Part shown: positions 26,451 to 37,379 of the stretch, piece by piece
Numbering within the stretch: the first letter of the stretch is position 1
Layout of the letters: every line of letters begins with the position of its first letter
Source: Diploschistes diacapsis
Taxonomy: Eukaryota
DNA: 43,310 nucleotides
Assembly: GCA_023645945.1 (NCBI GenBank)
Contig: JALAIB010000037.1
Coordinates: 1-43,310, forward strand
Direction: 5' to 3'
Notes under the pieces: generated by a model
Databases searched by the model: none
Told to the model about the DNA's origin: nothing
Seen by the model: the letters and a program-made list of their open reading frames with translations, nothing else
Made by a program: the position numbers and the translations under genes

Positions 26451-26704
26451 TCTGTCATACGGACCACAACTGTGAAGATAGGTCGTTGTCCAAAACTATA
26501 ATCCTGGAAAACAGGTGTTGTTCGAGTGACCACAATCAAGAACAGGCTGTCACACAAGCAATTATCCTGGAAAACAGGTAGTTGTAAGAGTAACGACGTT
26601 CGAAAATAGGCTATCACAGTCAAACACCTACAAAAGCAGGTCGGTATATAAGTCGCAAGACTCGGGAACAGGCCGTGGTGCGAATAGCAACAATTGAGAA
26701 CAGG
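26451..26704. repeat. Degenerate tandem array, 8 units of 30-33 bp (mode 32), each ending in a GAAAACAGG-like core
   Basis: AGG anchors at 26480, 26513, 26544, 26576, 26608, 26638, 26670 and 26702. Exact 16-mer ATCCTGGAAAACAGGT at 26501 and 26564. Confidence 0.8.
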
Positions 26705-28380
26705 CACTCAACCACTCTGCCTTTGGCAAGCCCAGCTCTTCATAAGTTTTCTCTTTTGTCTTCTACGGATGCTATCCGCAGTACCTTTACCCAGTACATA
26801 GGTATTATCGTCGGATCGTCTTGCAACTGCTTTGGATACTTCCTCGAAAACGCTAGGCTGACTCGGAGCTCTGGGTGTGGAAGTCGACGTCTCATCAGAG
26901 ATCGAGTAGGGCGCCAATTCGATTATATGATGCTTTATTCGAGACATTTGCAGGGAGCTTCGCGCTCATCTCTTTGGTCTTAACGAACACAGTCAGGCCC
27001 GCTGTCTCGGAAGAGGTGATTGCGTTCTAGGGAACCTTGAACATTTCGCAATGTCCTACTGAATACTGGGCCAGGCTTGCTGTTTTGAAAAGAGGTGACC
27101 AAGGTCCAAATATGACAGATGTCTAAAACTCCATCGACTCGTGCTGGAAAGAAAATGATGAGACTGGTAGGAACAACCGAGCAGATCTTGAACAGGCTAG
27201 CAGAATACTTCAGGTTTTCGTCGAGTTCTCTGAATGATCCATCGAACAATCATTGAAGAGGTGTCTTCCTCCGCTTTGACCTTTTTCTCCATTCATCTTC
27301 AGGCGAGCTGTGAGTCTCCAACTTCTTCGTGGAAAAACTTCTCCAATCTACGACAGGCGACCTGTCTTTCTCCATTTCGTCGAGGTGCCGTAAACTTTTC
27401 GTGGGAGAAGCTGCTTTTTCTCCATTGCATCTTGTTACCCGATCACAGAGGAGCTAGGTGGTTTCCCTTGTTCCACCGTGTCAGTATGCAACAACTCTCG
27501 AAGAGGAAACTGCCTTTCTTCACTTCGATACCCAATCTTGGCCCGTGTGCGAGAACTATAGGAATTCCCGATAGCTGTCCCAATGGCTAACACGGCCGTG
27601 ATGCCAAAGATCATGCAGTAGTTATCGAGGAGTTTTCGAAGGCTCCTACAAAGCACAAAATGCTGACAGGATATTTCCTACAAGTGCCAATACCTTAGGA
27701 TTTGATCGATCAGCTGCAGTTTCGGCACGTCTGCGAATGCGCCCAGAGACCTAAGGCAGATTTATCGCAGGCAAGACATTCTTAGCTGCGCCAACTCGTG
27801 GAAGATTGTGGCCAAGGAACGATTGACAAAATCGATGATTCGACAGATATATATGACAGACCCACATTTCGGTTTTAGAAGGCATAACGGACAGTGCAGG
27901 AAAGATCCTGGTGGACCTTTCCTTGGGTAGGACTGTCGTTTCACAACGCTTCTTCCCAGGTATCTTCTAGCACGAATACCGAACGCAGGAAGACTGTGTT
28001 GGCATCTCCTGATATAACTTTTCGTTCCATGATGTTGCATCTCCAGGTACCGTGCGTAACTGATACCCAGCGACAACGAGGAAGATCCACGTTGGTCTTT
28101 GGAACCTAGGGTTTTCTTTACCGCTTCTATCTTGCCAAGCACCTTCCAGCTTACACACTCTTTTCATCGGGAAACAATCCGCTGCAATCAGAGTCGGTTA
28201 GGATCTTCGTTCCGCAACGCTACCTTGCCAGGTATCGACTTTCTAGAGCTCATAGACAGACAGGAGTAGTGAAGATCTCGAGCCTGGAAAAAACGCAACT
28301 AGGACACAGACTCCGTATATACCTCGTTGACAGAAGACTGAGGCTGGTATTGTGAGAGCAGACGGATCCATAAGGTGATT

Positions 28381-31300
28381 AGAAAGGGTAAAGAGGATCT
28401 GGAAATGAAGGAGGAATTCCTCCGCAGTCTAGACTTGACCAGATATCTTCCTGAGCTTGGGATTGGTCAGGAGCACCGGAAATTTCGAACCTGCAGCCAC
28501 ATGAAGCCAGGATCAAAGCTGCGCCTATGAAGTTTTGATAAGGATGTGCTTTTGTATAACAGAGATTTCAAGGATCTGGAAGGGGAAAAGAGTTTCTCCT
28601 CACGATGGATATTGCTAGGTACTTGCCAGAGCCCAAATGCTGTCAGGAGCAGTAGGGATTGTGAACGGCGAGTAGATTTTGAAGCCAGGAGTAACACCGC
28701 GGCCACACAAAGCTCTAGTAGAAGGGTACAGGCTTGTATAACAACGGCTTCGAGGATATGAAGACGAAAGGAACTTGTCGCAAGCTGTACTGGAAGCAGT
28801 CATACAAAACCTCTCAAAGACACAGCGGTGCTCTCTCCAAAGCTTGGAACAGGTCAGGGATGATAGAAGAAGCTCGAATAGTGAGACCCAATCGCGATCA
28901 AACAGCTATCGTTGAAGGTATGGTGATTGAGAAGAAGTCGTCGCGCCTGCCGAATCATCCTTTGTTCCATCAGAGCTACCCCTCGCCACAAAACCAGAAT
29001 GATCTCGACGATACTTACGCCGAAGAAGAGTTTCGCCAGCGCTGTTATATAGCCATAACTACCTCGAAAGTAGGAGTCGCGAAGAGTTTGAGAAGGCTAT
29101 GTTGAGGCAACGAAGGAAGGAATTTGAGTAGCTATGTACCGTCTTCACAGAATGTATTTGGGGCGCTTCCTCGCCACTCAATAGGCTCGGAGAACATGCC
29201 AGGAGAGAATATCAGGCCTTGAACAATTTTGCCGAGACAATGCTGAGACCTGGAGGAGTTTTGCAGTTCCACGGTACATCTGAGAAATCTTCCTAGGACG
29301 TAATGGTCGATGAGACAGGAAGAGCCACCGAACAGACTCATCTAGGGACCCTAAGCCACCGCCGTGAAAGCAGCAATAGGATGGCCTTGCGGCGCTTCTC
29401 TTTCAAGGCTTTAGGACATATAATATGCCTGTCGAGAATATCAGGTTCTGAGTTTCGAAAGCCTCCCGATTTCATTTGGCTTAAAGAAAGCAGTATACAT
29501 ACGGGGCACAAACAATATTAAACATAGCGAACGAGAAACTTTTGTGGAAGAGTCCGCAACCAGCTATCATTCCCAATGTTTTTTGAAAGAATTGGACAGA
29601 AGCACGAAGAGTATAAAAGGAGAAGGGAAAGGTGCGCAGACATGTTGAGTACAGGAGACAGTTCTTCCTCCACCTCTATATGACAGGATCACAGAGAAGT
29701 ATGAAGAGCATGAAAGGAAAATGGGGAGAGATGTGTGGACCGGGAAATAATCATCTTCCTTATCGGACATATGAAGACAGAATAGCAGAGAGACTGGAAG
29801 AGCATGATAGGAAAGAAACGGTATTGCATACAGAGTTCAGGAAATACTTGCCTTCCTCTCCGCACAAAACCAAAACCAAGGGACAACAAAACAACCTTGG
29901 TTTAAAGCGGTAGGGGACAGTCCTCTTTCTCAAACAGCTGTACGACCGGGCTACCACGTGACTTAAGCTATTTTCTAAGCTTACTCGAAGAAACCAGGAT
30001 TTCGTCGAGCAGTCATTATACATGATGGAACCAGGAGAGACAGACAGTATTTCTGCAATGCTTCAGTCTTCAGCTGCTCCACGATAGAAAGAGCTCTTTC
30101 CGTTCTTGACTGCGAAGAATCACCATAGGAGTTAGTGCGCATTGATTCGACAGTGCGGTAGAGGAAGCAATCATGGGTTGGGAGATAAATAAAGCTTCAG
30201 CGTGAGGTCCTGATGCAGACAATAAAGAATTCCGCACAGGAACAGCTGATAAGTTCTTGAACTTGGAATAAAGTGCCGGATTCCAAAGTGGTCAAGGACT
30301 TCTTCTCTTTTCCATCAAAGCCCGTGGATAGGAACCAGTAGGAGAATGGATGAAAGAGAAAGTCAAGAACAGTGAGGGAGTTTGGAAGTTTTATAGATGA
30401 GACGATATCCTCAGGCAGCAAGCTGGGCCGACATTGAAGCAAAGGCAGTATATACGACCCAAGAAATACATTATAGTTTCCTCGCAGCGTTTCGCTCTGG
30501 ACGCGCCATTCGTTCAGGCACTACCACATATATTGTCGATATAGCGCAGATAGATGTCTTTTTCAATGACATCTACGAATCAGGGTCTGCCGCGCTCTGG
30601 ATGATAAAGGAGGAACAGGCCGTGACTTCTTCCGATCTGGATATATAGTGCAATCAGGAAGCAGTGAAGTTGTCCGCAATATCAAACGAAGTGAGGCATC
30701 TGGCAGGAGCTAGATCGACAGTGACCTGGGAGCCGCCAGCCACATAGAGCCGCATCTGGAAAGCCGAGATGAAGCTTCTAACCACCATCGCCGCCGCAAC
30801 CATTTTTCGCCCCTGTGAGTGCTGCCGAGGCAAGTCGTGGCGGTCAAGCAGGTATTCAAGAGATCAAAAAAGCTGAAAAGGGATGCAAGCGGGCAAACTT
30901 AGAGGATAGGACCTGCCGCCTAAACACCACGTATTGAACAAGGATGGCTTGTTGGGTTAAAGAGTAAGATCAAGGAGCAACCGAGCATTGCGGCTGTATA
31001 TGAGTTTGGCGCCGTGTTAGAGGCTGTTTTCGTTTCATATTAGCCGTCCCAGGAGATTGGAACAACAGACTGTTCAATCAGATAACACCCAGGAGCCTGG
31101 TGGTGCTGGATCGGCAAGATTGGCAGGGCCATGTGCACCACCACATATAAGAGAGATTCAGCTTTCTTGTAACTCTCCACCACAGATGAGTGTAAAAACA
31201 CGATTACAAGTGAGGGATAGCAAATAAGTTTTGGATCTTGTATCGGTATAAGAAGTTCGAGTGGCGAAGTACCAGGCCTCTTGTGCAAAGATACGCCGAA

Positions 31301-32605
31301 AACATAGACCTGGGACCAATATCAAAGTTCCACAACAATAGAGGACCAGGACTCTCCGACTCGGTACTCCACACCCAGGGATCTAATATAAATACCCAGC
31401 ATCTATATCAATGGAGGACTGGGACTTTTCTCCTCCGTGAGCACAGATCCAGGGATCTAGTATAAATACCCATATCCACGACAGCGTGATATAGGATTTT
31501 CTTGTTCGATACACCCAGAATTGACTTCGATAGCGATCACAGTGGCAGCGAAGCGACAAAGAAGTCAAAGACCAAGATATTATAAAAATAACAGGCCTCC
31601 GGCTTCACTAATGACAGGAGCTCTGTATCCAAATATATCAGATGGCTTCATTTAGGCGCGTGCATCCACTTCTAATTGCGTGTAAAGAAGCTCAGGCTTG
31701 TGATAAAATCGTCGGAACGTTCAAAGCGCTGATTAGCTGTCCAAGGGTAGTAATCTTTCCCCCATTTGATACGGAGACTCGGTACGAGGATAAGGAATCT
31801 CATTTGCTTTATGCTAGAATCAGGATCAATTCGAATTCGCTGGGCGATAGAGGCAGGATCAATCCATTGCTTGATGCTCGATTCAGGACCAGTCCATCTT
31901 TGAGCCATAATGCAACCACACTGGTATGACGCTAGGCACTGTATATCAAACGTTTCTGCGAGTCAAGCATTGTCTCGAATAAAGAGGAGATGATTGTGGA
32001 GCTTCGTCGCTTGAGGCTGGCCAAGCTGGAGAGGAACTATACCTGCAATAGGCTTAGGCGTAACAACCTCTCGCAGGTCTGTAAGCATATCGCTGCCAGG
32101 ATCATCCCTGACATATCAGACGCTAGCACGCAGAAGACGTTGTCCATAAGCTCCAACGAATCGTCTATAGGCGCCATGCATTTAGCATCGCAAAATAAAC
32201 TAGGCGTCTGTCCAAAGCCTGGTATACGCGACCTGAAGTTCATGTAGACAAGGAGGTATTGGCGGACTAGGATCAGAAAGAGTGGTATTTCGTTTGGCAC
32301 AGGTTCTCAGGCTGAGATCATGGTCATCGTAACCTATATATGACGGATAACGATTTGAAGCATTTATGTATGACAGGATTTTGGTGGATTGGTCACCCAT
32401 AATCTTCAACGATCCCAAAGTCGCCCCACCGCCTCTTTCCCATGGGAATTCGTATCCCTATACCAAGACAAGGGCGAGCAGTTACTTGCAGGAATTTTGT
32501 GTGTTAAAGTTTCTGGTACTCTGAGAATTGGAGTCCGACGCAGAAGGAATGCTTTACAAGTGCCGCTACTGCGTTGATACTCACTGCGGTGACTGCCTCG
32601 ATTGA
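28381..32605 (+). pseudogene. Fragmented NACHT-ankyrin-ZZ zinc finger gene (fungal NLR-like)
   Basis: Fragments in order. NACHT-like: KEEFLRSLD..LLYNRDFKDLEGEKSFSSRWILLG, LSQAVLEAVIQNLS (~28775-28815), FRQRCYIAI (29031), LPYRTYEDRIAERL (29755), ELVRIDSTVR (30129). Ankyrin-like: PHRAASG (30740), AEKGCKRANLED, PSIAAVYEFGAVLEAV, LHTQGSNINTQ, IQGSSINTH, LMTGALYPNISDG/HPLLIACKE, AMHLASQN. ZZ-like: GMLYKCRYCVDTHCGDCL (32546). Walker A is not recognisable; many stops and frameshifts. Confidence 0.6.
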
Positions 32606-35600
32606 AGCCATATGGAGGGTCCCAGTGACGATATCGAGGGATTCCAGCTGCTAGGGTTCGGCATGAGTGATCAGATGTTGGTCTTCAGGTGCCTACAACG
32701 CTACAAGAGCTATCCAGGCTATCCCCTTTGCGGGACTTGATGCAGCAATAACCTAATTACCTCCAGGATCGAAATTGGAGCAGAGTGCTCACCAGGCGTC
32801 TTTGAAGGTCTTATACGAGGTACCATGTGCATATATGGTGATCGATATCTCAGCGCAGAAGAGTATAGGATTTCATAACAATGACTGGCAGAGTATTTCG
32901 AACAGGTTCGGACCCTTATACAGAGCGCGGATTAGGCATTCCTTTTTGGGAGCTTTGATGCGGTGCATTGCACGTATGGCAGACGACACGATCCTGCACC
33001 GGTTTGCGGAATGTTGGGATATCGGCGAGCCAGCTGCCTTCAAGTACTGGTACCTGGTTATCAATTCCAGGGTAGGCATCTTCGTTGGAGCATAGATCGG
33101 ATATTCTGCCTATAGATGATATTGCAGCTCACACAGACAGCTCAAGTTCAAAATGCAAGAGAATGACCGGTTAGTACGCCTGGTTCCCATTAGGAACTTG
33201 AAAATTCGACAAGTCAGACGTTCCGAGGACTAGATTCAACCCTGCATCTAGCTCAGGTGTTCACTCGGTAGCTTGGATCAGGTGTGTGTATATGAGATAA
33301 CAAATGGCGTCTCAGAACGATCACTCTCGTTGCATCTTGCATCAGACGTTGGCATGGACGACCTAGGCTGACCGGCAAATCCACGCAGTCTCACACAGGA
33401 ACTTTAAAGTTTTCACAGGCTGGAGGCCCCGAGGACTGATTTAATGCTCTATGTAGCCTAGGCATTCCTCATAGAGCATAAATCTTACTTTTTGCGTATA
33501 TGCGGCAGACACCAGCACTCGCAACCGAAGTGCACGAACTTGAACTGTAGCAAAAATATAGATCTTCCGAGGATGATTTCCAGTCAGTCTTTCAGCATAG
33601 ATGCTATCCCGAAAGAGCCCAGCGAAAGCTTCCAGTAGGTTCTGCGAGCATCTGGAACTGGCCAGATTCAGGAAATTCACAGTGCTGTAACCAGTATAGA
33701 TGACATGGATCGAGACTCTGCCCAATGAAGAAACCATGCTGTTCTATTCCGCGAGGTTGTCGTACCACAACACTTTTGAGAAAAAAACCCTTCTATTTCT
33801 TTTTGAGGCTGCTGCACTCAAAAATTACCTTCGCAGAGATAATATGTTGCCTTGAGAAAATCCGCAAAAACCCTGGCTGAAGATGCCAAGATGACTGCTT
33901 CGAGTGGTCTTTATCCCGTATATTCTCAAAGCTCTATCCTCAGCTATTCTCGCAGCGTCTCCATCCCTGAGGAATTTGGCTGCCCACCTCGTACCTGTAT
34001 TTCTCTATTGGATGTCTTTCAGGATTTTGCTAAGAGCCCGTGAGGTTCCATACTATTTAGCCTCCACTTTCACATATATGAGCATACACGTTACTCTTCG
34101 ACAACCAACGTGGCTCTAACATTGGTCAAACGTCATCAAATCCCAGCTGATCTGAGTCCAGCCCTTTCCGGATACTCATTGGCTCAACATATCTTCGACT
34201 AGGGAAAACACCATAGATAGCAGCTGCGTCAGGAGATCAACAGCGTCGTTAGCAGAAATGGATCTGATAGGCAAGTGTAGCTAGAAAAGATTTGGTTCGG
34301 CAGGCTGCTTGGCTGACAAGTCCATATTATCCATTTCAGGTTTTGACTTTGAAATAGCCACTTAGTGAGTTTACACACCGATCACGGTTCCATGGAACTG
34401 GAACTTTGAGCGGTTGGGATGTTGTTGAAAAACCGTTGCGATTGAAAGGCACAGATCCGCAAGAGGTCCCCGAGTAGCCCTTACAAAGCGCCGCTATTCG
34501 ATATATACTTCTCGAGTAGCTAGCTAATTTGTAAGGTGGTGTTGAGCTTTTCGACTGTCCGCCGGAGAGCCACCGCGTGGAATTTTCAACGGTATCGGAA
34601 TGCCGTGATAGGAGGACAACGACCAATCTTCCCTTGAAGTTGGTGCTGAACTACCCGAATACTGCCAGGAAGACACACAAACCCTGTATTTAAACCAGGA
34701 AACACTTGTCAGGCTTTCGAAATGAGCGAGGAGGAGCACAGCAACTCTTCAAACTGCAATGGCTTCTTCCATACACAGAAAGTCGAGAAGAGACGCCAGA
34801 CCGCCCTTCAGAAGCAGGCCTGTTCCATATATATGACAACCAACGACTTGCCAAAGCTTGAGTTTGGTGCAGAAGCCTCCGAGTACCGATAGATACATAC
34901 CAATAGACACATACCCATTATCTGCTGAGACAAGGTAAACATACTTCTTTGTCTGAGACACCATTTCTGAAGAAGGTTATTGAAGAGAAATTGCAACAAT
35001 GTGTTCTAGGTCAGAAGAACAAAACAAGTGTGCTCCAGGGCCGAGGGCCAAAATGGTGTAGCTAAGCCCGGGCAAGGATTCGAGCTGACCAATCTTTCCA
35101 GCAGCAGAGACTTAAGCAAAAGGGAAGTGGCAATCAAGAGCTGTCGGAAGTTGTAAGAAGACATCTAGGGAACCCAGCCGAAGCGACCAAGTCCCTTATA
35201 TATGACTTCTCGAGCGAGCCGCCCAGCTTGGACTTTGGGCAAAACACCGAAAATTTACAGGAAACGAACACCATTCGTTCTTTTAAGAGGATGAACCTTG
35301 CTGAGCTGTTGCCATATTGCGAGGAGAATGAAGATCCCAACGTCTTGGTTATAACCTTCAGTCCATCTGGGCTGGGTGGCCACTTCCGGTGGCGTAGTGC
35401 ATGCGGGACATTCAAAACTAAGACGCAGGAGAGAGCCGCAACTTCTCTGGGCGCGTTTTATTTCATCTCAGAGAGCGAGGCTAGCTGAGCTGCTGCCACA
35501 TTGTGAGACGAACAATCTTCTTTCCTTTCCAAAGAGAACGTGACTTGCAAATCATTCTGACGGTCGCTAGGAGAACGACCATCATTCCTTCTCCATAGAG

Positions 35601-37340
35601 CATCAGGCTTGCTGAGCCTATTCTAATGGCGGCAGGAGACCGACTGCCTGTGTTGTTAGGCTTCGTGAACAAAAGCTCTGAGGTAGGGTGGCTGACGTAG
35701 AAGCCGTCATTCACAACATATATGAGTTCTTGAAGGCTGCGATCCGGCAATTAGAGCCTATGAGGATCGTAGTAAAGAGCTGGTCGATTAGAAGAATTTC
35801 CGAAAATAGACCATATAACATGAACTCGAGGTGGAAGCAAGGAGCTATATCAAAGGCCACAGGAGTCTTGCAAATAAAGCAATTTACGCGAGACTTACGG
35901 GACTGGGACCCCACGGATTAGTACACTTTGACCGTTTCTCTCATGGCAAAGTAGACATTCTGGAGGAGCACCGACAGAGTCTGACGGAACCCTGACTGCC
36001 TTCTCCAGGAAGTTGAGAAGTGATTGTTGGATTATAATGTGGAATGGCCACCATGGATCCATAAGCCAAAGGAACATTCGTTGTCTTTCGAAGCCTGTTG
36101 GTCTTGAAGAGGCACTCGGCTAAGCTCTACTTCTTGAACTGCCAGGAAGTTGTGCTTCGACAGTCAACGAGCATTTGCGGAGTCCCCCAAGCAGGAACGG
36201 TTGAGGACCACTTTTGTCCGATCTTGAAGTCCGACTAACGAAGTAGGCCAAGCATGTGACCTTAATGGATATGAAGGTACATCGCGGCCGCGAGGATGGT
36301 AAGTACTCGATGTGGAGACCATCGAATCTTGATTGTCCCGCCATCACCGCCTTAACAAGGTCTTCTTTTCTACCCGAGCAAGGCAGCCGACGCAGAAGGA
36401 TATCAACATCGGCGCAGGAGCCACGTCTTTTGTTTGATGTCTCAAAGTATATGGATCTTGGACACGGTATTCTATAGATTAGGCCCAACTTATTACTCTG
36501 ATTCGAGCCCTCTAGAAATGGAAGCTGATATTTATGAGGATGTTGCCGTTCGTTGCGGGAGTCTGTGTATATCGCGTCAGTTGACGCATGACAGCAGTGT
36601 TGAGAAGGAGATGAACCGAAGTAGGATATCGGGTTGAAGACGATCACGCTCTGATCCTCGGAGTGGAAGATAGGTTGATTCGAGTTGACCGGACCGTGAA
36701 CATGGCTCAAGCTCTCTATGGAGGAAAGCTAGAATGTCTTAGGATTATGCTGTTTGTTGTGACTGTCCGTATATACCGCATCGGCAAGATGAACGATAAA
36801 AGTGTCGAAAAGGAAATGGCCTAGAAGATGAGATGGCATGGAGGAAAGATCGTATTTCATCCTTCGGATCATATGTTTGTGAGTTGATTATGGTCATCGA
36901 TATGGCTCATTCTCTGAATAGTCAAGCAAAGTATATGAGCGCTTTGCTATCTGTTATGAGTGTCTTCTTATATTTCTTCAGCTAGATGAATGATGAAAAT
37001 GCTCTTCACGAAGGGTTGGCGTTGTATTCTTCGAAGCGGATCGCAGGCTGGTTTGAGTTGTCGATATCTCTTTTCTGTTCATCAAATGTTTTTGCAGGCA
37101 GTCTGTGCGTTCTCTTGTCTGCCTGTATGATCTCTTCATGGCCCTGAGGGAGCTGCAAGACTTGGGGTGCAGTGGGTATGTCTCTGCTCGTCATTTCAGG
37201 AAGACATTGACAGATTAGGTGTGCAGATCTTTTCATCCGTGGAATCAATATCAGCAGAGGTGCGTAACCAGAAGACTGATATTAAAGGGATGAAAGAGTT
37301 TCAAGTGTTAGCTCTAGACGCTCAACCTTTGTACACGGAG

Positions 37341-37379
37341 AAGAAGAAGAAGAAGAAGAAGAAGAAGAAGAAGAAGAAG
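37341..37379. repeat. Perfect (AAG)13 trinucleotide microsatellite
   Basis: Read directly; it produces the poly-Lys run in ORF 37167-37439. Confidence 0.95.

Noticed and set aside
26451..26704. CRISPR-like array
   Set aside because: Eukaryotic context, degenerate adjacent units with no unique spacers, and no cas genes.
28560..29660. SF1 (Upf1/DNA2-like) helicase remnant suggested by ARSNTAAT, VMVDETGRATE and FFERI
   Set aside because: Motif spacing is poor and there is no clear Walker A or motif VI. The NACHT reading explains more collinear fragments and connects to the downstream ankyrin and ZZ pieces.
33500..34050. Possible second NACHT remnant on the - strand (RNTGTRW..ALRIYG, RVSIHVI, KIYIFAT)
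   Set aside because: Only loose similarity, with no P-loop and compressed spacing; cannot be supported without a search.
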